From an uncultured virus (IMG/VR IMGVR_UViG_3300013845_000001) (Duplodnaviria; Heunggongvirae; Uroviricota; Caudoviricetes), in the IMG/VR virus record IMGVR_UViG_3300013845_000001, positions 108,565 through 128,564 of that record: a stretch of 20,000 nucleotides of DNA, one strand, 5' to 3'. The notes under the pieces were generated by a model that saw only the letters and a list, made by a program, of their open reading frames with translations, was not told the DNA's origin and searched no databases. Position numbers and translations under genes: made by a program. Below are positions 15,688-20,000 of the stretch, piece by piece; within the stretch, counting starts at the first letter, position 1, and each line of letters begins with the position of its first letter.

Positions 15688-16623
15688 TCATGCGTCATCT
15701 TCTTTAATTCTACATTCTCTTGGTAACTTGTTTTCTCTCACACTTTTAAACGTTGGTTGACGAATACCCTCTTTTTCAGAAGGCATATATTCAATAGTAC
15801 ATACCATTGGTTCCATCCATGTCGCATCAGCATACCCTTTTAAGTTTTTTATAGGACAATTAGAAATTCTCATTCCGTGTTGGTTGAGCTTAGCGATACT
15901 TACGCCAAGAGAAACGTGGTTAGTGATAATTAATTCATCGTCGTCATTGTACTTCGCCAGAATCAGCGTTGTCATACTGTTCTTATTAGGAATATATCCT
16001 ATGCAGACAAAATCTTCTTCTTTAAGCACTTTGATCTTCTTCCAATCCCTAGATCGCTTTCCAAACCAATATAGACTTGCCTTCTTTTTTCCAACGACTC
16101 CTTCCAAGCCATTTTCCTCTGCAAAATTGTATATCGCAATTCCATTCTTTTCAACGTATCGAGATTTTGACAATATGTCACTTTCAGATATTACTTCGTC
16201 TAATAACTTTTTACGCTCAATTAGTGGTAAATCAGTTACTTGTTTATCTTTATAGTAAAGTATATCATAAACTACAAAATTTGCTGGGTGTTTTTTATAC
16301 GCTAGTTCTATCTTAAAGGGATCAGTTAAAACCGTCCTTCTTTGAACTTCGTAAAAATCCGGCTTCCCATTAACCAATACGTTTAACTCCCCGTCGAGTA
16401 TGCATTTCTGTTTGCAGCCCTTAAACAATAATTCTAATTCCGGAAACCTTGACAACAAGCTCATATTTCGCTTATTTCTCAAATCGGTAGATTTATAATC
16501 ATTATAAGCAATGCATCTGATCCCATCAAATTTAAGCTCAAAGATAGAATCCACATCATCATACGGATCAACTCTTTCAGATATAAGCATGGGCTTAATA
16601 CCCTTTTCATCGAAAATATCCAT
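15688..16623 (-). CDS. ATP-dependent DNA ligase (LigD/LigC-type ligase domain only)
   Basis: Motif I ELKFDGIR, III LDGEL, IIIa VYDILY, IV EGVVGK, V WKKIK, VI IRQPTFKSVR. Confidence 0.92.
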   Translation of the reverse strand: MDIFDEKGIKPMLISERVDPYDDVDSIFELKFDGIRCIAYNDYKSTDLRNKRNMSLLSRFPELELLFKGCKQKCILDGELNVLVNGKPDFYEVQRRTVLTDPFKIELAYKKHPANFVVYDILYYKDKQVTDLPLIERKKLLDEVISESDILSKSRYVEKNGIAIYNFAEENGLEGVVGKKKASLYWFGKRSRDWKKIKVLKEEDFVCIGYIPNKNSMTTLILAKYNDDDELIITNHVSLGVSIAKLNQHGMRISNCPIKNLKGYADATWMEPMVCTIEYMPSEKEGIRQPTFKSVRENKLPRECRIKEDDA

Positions 16624-16702
16624 TATACCCTCTTGTTTCGCTTTGCCATATTATCAGTGATCTAATTATTGTACTAATAACCGAAAATCCTATACATGCA
16701 CT

Positions 16703-17014
16703 TTATATTACCATGATCCACTTACACGATTCCATATAAAAAACCAGTTTAAATTCATGACGTATGCCGCCAATGATTGCATCACAGTGAAATTCTTTTG
16801 ATGGAATTCCATTATAATTTTTATCTTCAGTGCATTTTATAATTATATCAGATATTGTTTGTATCACGCCATCATCGCCTTCAAATTTGAAACTTAGGGG
16901 GCGAGGGCTGCAATTAGCGGTAAACCAAGCCTTGCAAGCAATATTGTACTTCTTACCGTGTAGCTCTCCGCTATCAATCTCTTTTACATTTGTTCCAATC
17001 CCAAATGCACTCAT
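16703..17014 (-). CDS. Small beta-rich protein downstream of dinB (putative polymerase accessory factor)
   Basis: P.P.SF and terminal L.F......W pattern. Operonic with the Y-family polymerase. Confidence 0.7.
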   Translation of the reverse strand: MSAFGIGTNVKEIDSGELHGKKYNIACKAWFTANCSPRPLSFKFEGDDGVIQTISDIIIKCTEDKNYNGIPSKEFHCDAIIGGIRHEFKLVFYMESCKWIMVI

Positions 17015-17027
17015 GTTACCTTACCAC

Positions 17028-18290
17028 CTATAATATATTTTGAGTTTCATAATTCACGGTTCTCTTTTCACGACTGATTCCGCCGCTCATATGGTCAACT
17101 TTATCGGCCTTAATAAAACTTGCTCTTACAATGGAATCTGTGCCAAACCTTTTCCTTATATCGTCCACCGCTCTATCTAGACGCTCCTGTTTCTCATAAT
17201 CCATATCATCAAATAGGTTGAGCTGTCTTGTATCTTCAGTTACTACTTGGCTGGTATGAATACCAAGATGTCGGATTGGAACCTTATCCCACATTTCATC
17301 AAACACTTGGCAAGCTGATTCGTAGATTTCTCTTGTTATGTTGGTGGCAGTTTTCAGTTTCTTTTGGTGGCTGTAATACCCAAGGTTATAATCCCTTATT
17401 CCAACAGATATTACTTTGATTTTCACGTTGTTATCTCTTAATCTTGCACTAACTGTCTCCGCTAATGAAAGTAAAACTAATTTTGCAGTATTGACATCCG
17501 TAACATCAAATGCGATTGTGGTACTGTTACCATAGCCCTTATTTGGTGGCGGTACAGGTTCAACTGCCGAGAAATCAATTCCATTTGCAAAAGACCATAT
17601 TACTTCCCCGTGTTTACCAAGATGAGATTTAATTATTGATAGATCAGTTTGTGCTAACTCTCCTATTGTTTTAATGCCTAGATTGTTAAGTTTACGCGCA
17701 GTAGCTCTACCAACAAAAAATAGGTCAGATGCAGGAAGCACCCACATTTTATCCTTTATTTCACTTAACCACAGTGTATGCACCTTATCAGGCTTTTTAA
17801 AGTCTGATGCCATCTTAGCCAGGACTTTATTATTTGAAATTCCAATATTTACCGTAAAGCCAAGTTCTCTATAAATACGCTCTCTTATTTTATTTGCAAT
17901 ATCTTCTGGCTTTCCAAACAATGATTCTGTGCCAGTCATATCCATGTACGCCTCATCGATGGAATATTGTTCTACAACGGGGCCATATTCCTTTAAAATA
18001 TTTATGAAAGCTTTTGATGATTTTTGATATAGATTATAATTAGGAGGAACAAGAACGAGGTCAGGACACTTTCTTAATGCTTCAGGTACGGATTCTCCTG
18101 TTTTTATATTATATTTCTTTGCTGGTATACTTTTCGCAAGTATAATACCATGTCTTTTTGTAACGTCACCACCAACCGCTGACGGTATGTTTCGCAGGTC
18201 TAAATTCCCACCCAAATGGTGTATCCGATATACTGCTTCCCAACTTAGAAAGGCGGAGTTTACATCGATATGAAAAATTACTTTATTCAC
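17028..18290 (-). CDS. dinB: Y-family DNA polymerase (Pol IV/UmuC-like)
   Basis: HIDVNSAF, YSIDEA, LAKMASDFKKP, clamp motif QLNLF, LDRAVDDIRKRFG. Confidence 0.93.
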   Translation of the reverse strand: MNKVIFHIDVNSAFLSWEAVYRIHHLGGNLDLRNIPSAVGGDVTKRHGIILAKSIPAKKYNIKTGESVPEALRKCPDLVLVPPNYNLYQKSSKAFINILKEYGPVVEQYSIDEAYMDMTGTESLFGKPEDIANKIRERIYRELGFTVNIGISNNKVLAKMASDFKKPDKVHTLWLSEIKDKMWVLPASDLFFVGRATARKLNNLGIKTIGELAQTDLSIIKSHLGKHGEVIWSFANGIDFSAVEPVPPPNKGYGNSTTIAFDVTDVNTAKLVLLSLAETVSARLRDNNVKIKVISVGIRDYNLGYYSHQKKLKTATNITREIYESACQVFDEMWDKVPIRHLGIHTSQVVTEDTRQLNLFDDMDYEKQERLDRAVDDIRKRFGTDSIVRASFIKADKVDHMSGGISREKRTVNYETQNIL

Positions 18291-18308
18291 ATAATCACCT
18301 CTAGAGAT

Positions 18309-18329
18309 ATTGTACTCGAATGTATGTTC
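18309..18329 (-). promoter_or_regulatory. SOS (LexA) box and -10 element of dinB operon
   Basis: GAACATACATTC (18329-18318), one mismatch to Firmicute GAAC-N4-GTTC, next to TACAAT (18314-18309). Confidence 0.7.
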
Positions 18330-18347
18330 GTTTGATAGTGGAAATTA

Positions 18348-18370
18348 AAGGAAGCATTATTTGCTTCCTT
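18348..18370 (-). terminator. Terminator hairpin after the lexA operon
   Basis: AAGGAAGCA-ttatt-TGCTTCCTT. Confidence 0.65.
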
Positions 18371-18375
18371 ATTTT

Positions 18376-18705
18376 TTACTTATATGCCGGTTCAAATCCG
18401 CGTTGCTCATTATAAGCATATTGCAATAGGTCATATAATTCATTTGTAATAGTTCCCATACCATTATATCCATCAAGCATATCAATTATTTTTGATGCAT
18501 ATTCCGATGGCGCTGATTTTCCATCGATTCCCCTATATAGTTCTTCCTTTATTTTCTCCAAGTTTTCATGCTTCTGTGGTAGTGGAAGGCCATACATCTT
18601 CGCCAAGATTCCTATCGCACAACAACACTCATTAACAGATGTCAATGTAATCCCTTGAAATCTTGATTTTATTTCGATTGCTTGTTTATTTATAGAGAAT
18701 ACCAT
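18376..18705 (-). CDS. Hypothetical protein (109 aa) downstream of lexA
   Basis: AAAGGA RBS, followed by a terminator. No family recognised. Confidence 0.7.
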   Translation of the reverse strand: MVFSINKQAIEIKSRFQGITLTSVNECCCAIGILAKMYGLPLPQKHENLEKIKEELYRGIDGKSAPSEYASKIIDMLDGYNGMGTITNELYDLLQYAYNEQRGFEPAYK

Positions 18706-18735
18706 GTTGATTTTCCTTTGTGTTTTTATATTTTA

Positions 18736-19356
18736 TCAATGAATACCCGGTCTAAATAAACCTATAACTTTTCCTAAAATCGCTACCTGATCTACTATAA
18801 TTGGTTCCATTGAATCATTTTCTGGCTGTAAGCGGTAATGTCCGTCCTCCTTGAAGAATCGCTTTACTGTGGCTGAGTCCCCTACTAACGCAACAACTAT
18901 ATCTCCATTTTCTGCCATTGGACATTGTTCTATAATGATCTGATCTCCTTCGAGAATACCTGCGTTAATCATACTATTCCCCTTTACGTTTAACATAAAT
19001 GTCTCGGCATTTGGGAGAAGGTCAGATGGTATAGGGTAATAATTTTCAATGTTTTCCTCAGCATATAAAGGTTGACCAGCAGCCACGGTTCCAAGGAGCG
19101 GAACTTTTACAACGTCCCGTTGCTCTAAATTAAAACAATCTTCCATAATTTCGATAGCTCGTGGCTTGGTTGGGTCTCTTTTAATATATCCCTTTTCCTC
19201 AAGTGTCTCCAGGTGAGAGTGGACGGATGATGTTGATTTTAAACTGACCGCTTCGCAAATCTCTCTGACTGCTGGTGGATATCCTCTATTATTTATTGAC
19301 TCTTTTACATAATCAAATATTTGCTTTTGTATTTTACTCAATCTTATATTTCTCAT
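18736..19356 (-). CDS. lexA: LexA repressor (206 aa; start corrected to ATG 19356)
   Basis: GYPPAVREIC...STSSVHSHL winged HTH, RDPTKPRAIE, Ala-Gly site VAAGQP, catalytic GNSM and TVKRF. AGGTGGG RBS. Confidence 0.95.
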   Translation of the reverse strand: MRNIRLSKIQKQIFDYVKESINNRGYPPAVREICEAVSLKSTSSVHSHLETLEEKGYIKRDPTKPRAIEIMEDCFNLEQRDVVKVPLLGTVAAGQPLYAEENIENYYPIPSDLLPNAETFMLNVKGNSMINAGILEGDQIIIEQCPMAENGDIVVALVGDSATVKRFFKEDGHYRLQPENDSMEPIIVDQVAILGKVIGLFRPGIH

Positions 19357-19381
19357 AGGTATGCCCACCTTTCTATATGGT

Positions 19382-19420
19382 ACTATACCATATGTAATTT
19401 GAAAATGCAAACATATGTTC
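19382..19420 (-). promoter_or_regulatory. lexA promoter with overlapping SOS box
   Basis: TTGCAT (19410-19405), 17 bp, TG-G-TATAGT (19390-19382). GAACATATGTTT at 19420-19409. Confidence 0.8.
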
Positions 19421-19477
19421 TGCTCTTCACAAAAAAATATGCCGAAAACCCTCATTGCGAAGATTCTCGGCATAAAT

Positions 19478-19723
19478 TCAGCTACCCTGTTCAACTTCAG
19501 CTTTGGATATAAGTAATTCCTTTAATTCAGCTAAGGACATGTTTTGCTCTTCTAGTATTGATGAAACCTCTTTAAACTCTTCTAACTTAATTTCATCTTG
19601 TATTTGCTTCTCTTTTTCCTGAAGCGTTTTGATTGAGGCTTTATATTGCTCTATCGAATCTTGTGTGTCTTTTAGTTCATCTCTGAGTTTTACGAGTGGT
19701 GATTTGCGAACTCCACGTGGCAT
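19478..19723 (-). CDS. Small coiled-coil hypothetical protein (81 aa)
   Basis: AGGAGG RBS, TGGTATAAT at 19767-19759, downstream hairpin at ~19438-19474 with a T tract. Confidence 0.8.
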   Translation of the reverse strand: MPRGVRKSPLVKLRDELKDTQDSIEQYKASIKTLQEKEKQIQDEIKLEEFKEVSSILEEQNMSLAELKELLISKAEVEQGS

Positions 19724-19847
19724 AATATCTCCTCCTATTGATGTGGTCTAATGTGTAGATTATACCATAGTTTGAAAGATTGTATACTATAAATATACGA
19801 AAAGATTATAGCGTACACGATGCTATCCCCTTTCCTTATTTTTATTG

Positions 19848-19868
19848 TGTTGACAGAATTGTTGACAG
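19848..19868 (+). repeat. Tandem TGTTGACAG direct repeats (candidate integrase arm-type sites)
   Basis: Copies at 19848-19856 and 19860-19868, ~55 bp inside the att core. Confidence 0.55.
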
Positions 19869-19923
19869 TTTAACATAGATCTTTAAAAGTACGATAAACT
19901 CACGTTAAAATATTGGTATAAAA

Positions 19924-19944
19924 GTTCAAATCCTGTTACTCCGA
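19924..19944 (+). mobile_element. Prophage att site (attR-like): 3' fragment of a tRNA, probably tRNA-Pro
   Basis: GTTCAAATCCTGTTACTCCGA is a T-loop plus the 3' acceptor strand, with no 5' half upstream. Confidence 0.75.
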
Positions 19945-19956
19945 TTATTTGTGATG

Positions 19957-19999
19957 TGCTGGAAGCCTTAATTTACTAAGCTTCCAGCATTTTTATTTC
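19957..19999 (+). terminator. Terminator hairpin downstream of the tRNA fragment
   Basis: TGCTGGAAG...CTTCCAGCA followed by TTTTT. Confidence 0.7.
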
Positions 20000-20000
20000 T

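Larger units (their letters stand above)
1..19944. mobile_element. Prophage (right arm)
   Basis: TMP and tail operon, accessory cassette, tRNA-fragment att site. Confidence 0.85.

Noticed and set aside
19357..19494. 46-aa N-terminal extension of LexA in the ORF track
   Set aside because: This stretch contains the lexA RBS, promoter, SOS box and the upstream terminator.
19870..19944. Complete tRNA gene
   Set aside because: No D arm, anticodon arm or 5' acceptor strand upstream of the T-loop.
1..20000. CRISPR array
   Set aside because: No regularly spaced repeats seen.

Overview
AT-rich Firmicutes sequence, probably Lachnospiraceae judging by the cell-wall-binding repeat protein. It holds the right end of a prophage: tape measure protein (TMP) gene, tail/baseplate/fibre genes, a minus-strand SOS cassette (lexA, Y-family polymerase, ATP-dependent ligase), and a tRNA 3' fragment at 19924-19944 that looks like the attachment site. 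Main result: the TMP gene is split by a ~3.5 kb group I intron (32-3529). Its catalytic core (P3-P8) can be paired by eye, and its internal guide sequence (71-79) is a perfect 9-nt complement of the first bases of the downstream TMP exon (3530-3538), giving an in-frame join (...FIKNYG|QLKDL...). The intron has no recognisable homing endonuclease. Instead it carries five cargo ORFs on both strands with their own promoters and terminators. Second result: a two-cassette invertible tail-tip switch (13-bp inverted repeats at 8915-8927 and 9380-9392) with a silent alternative C-terminus and no recombinase in the window. All calls were made by eye, with no database search or folding program.
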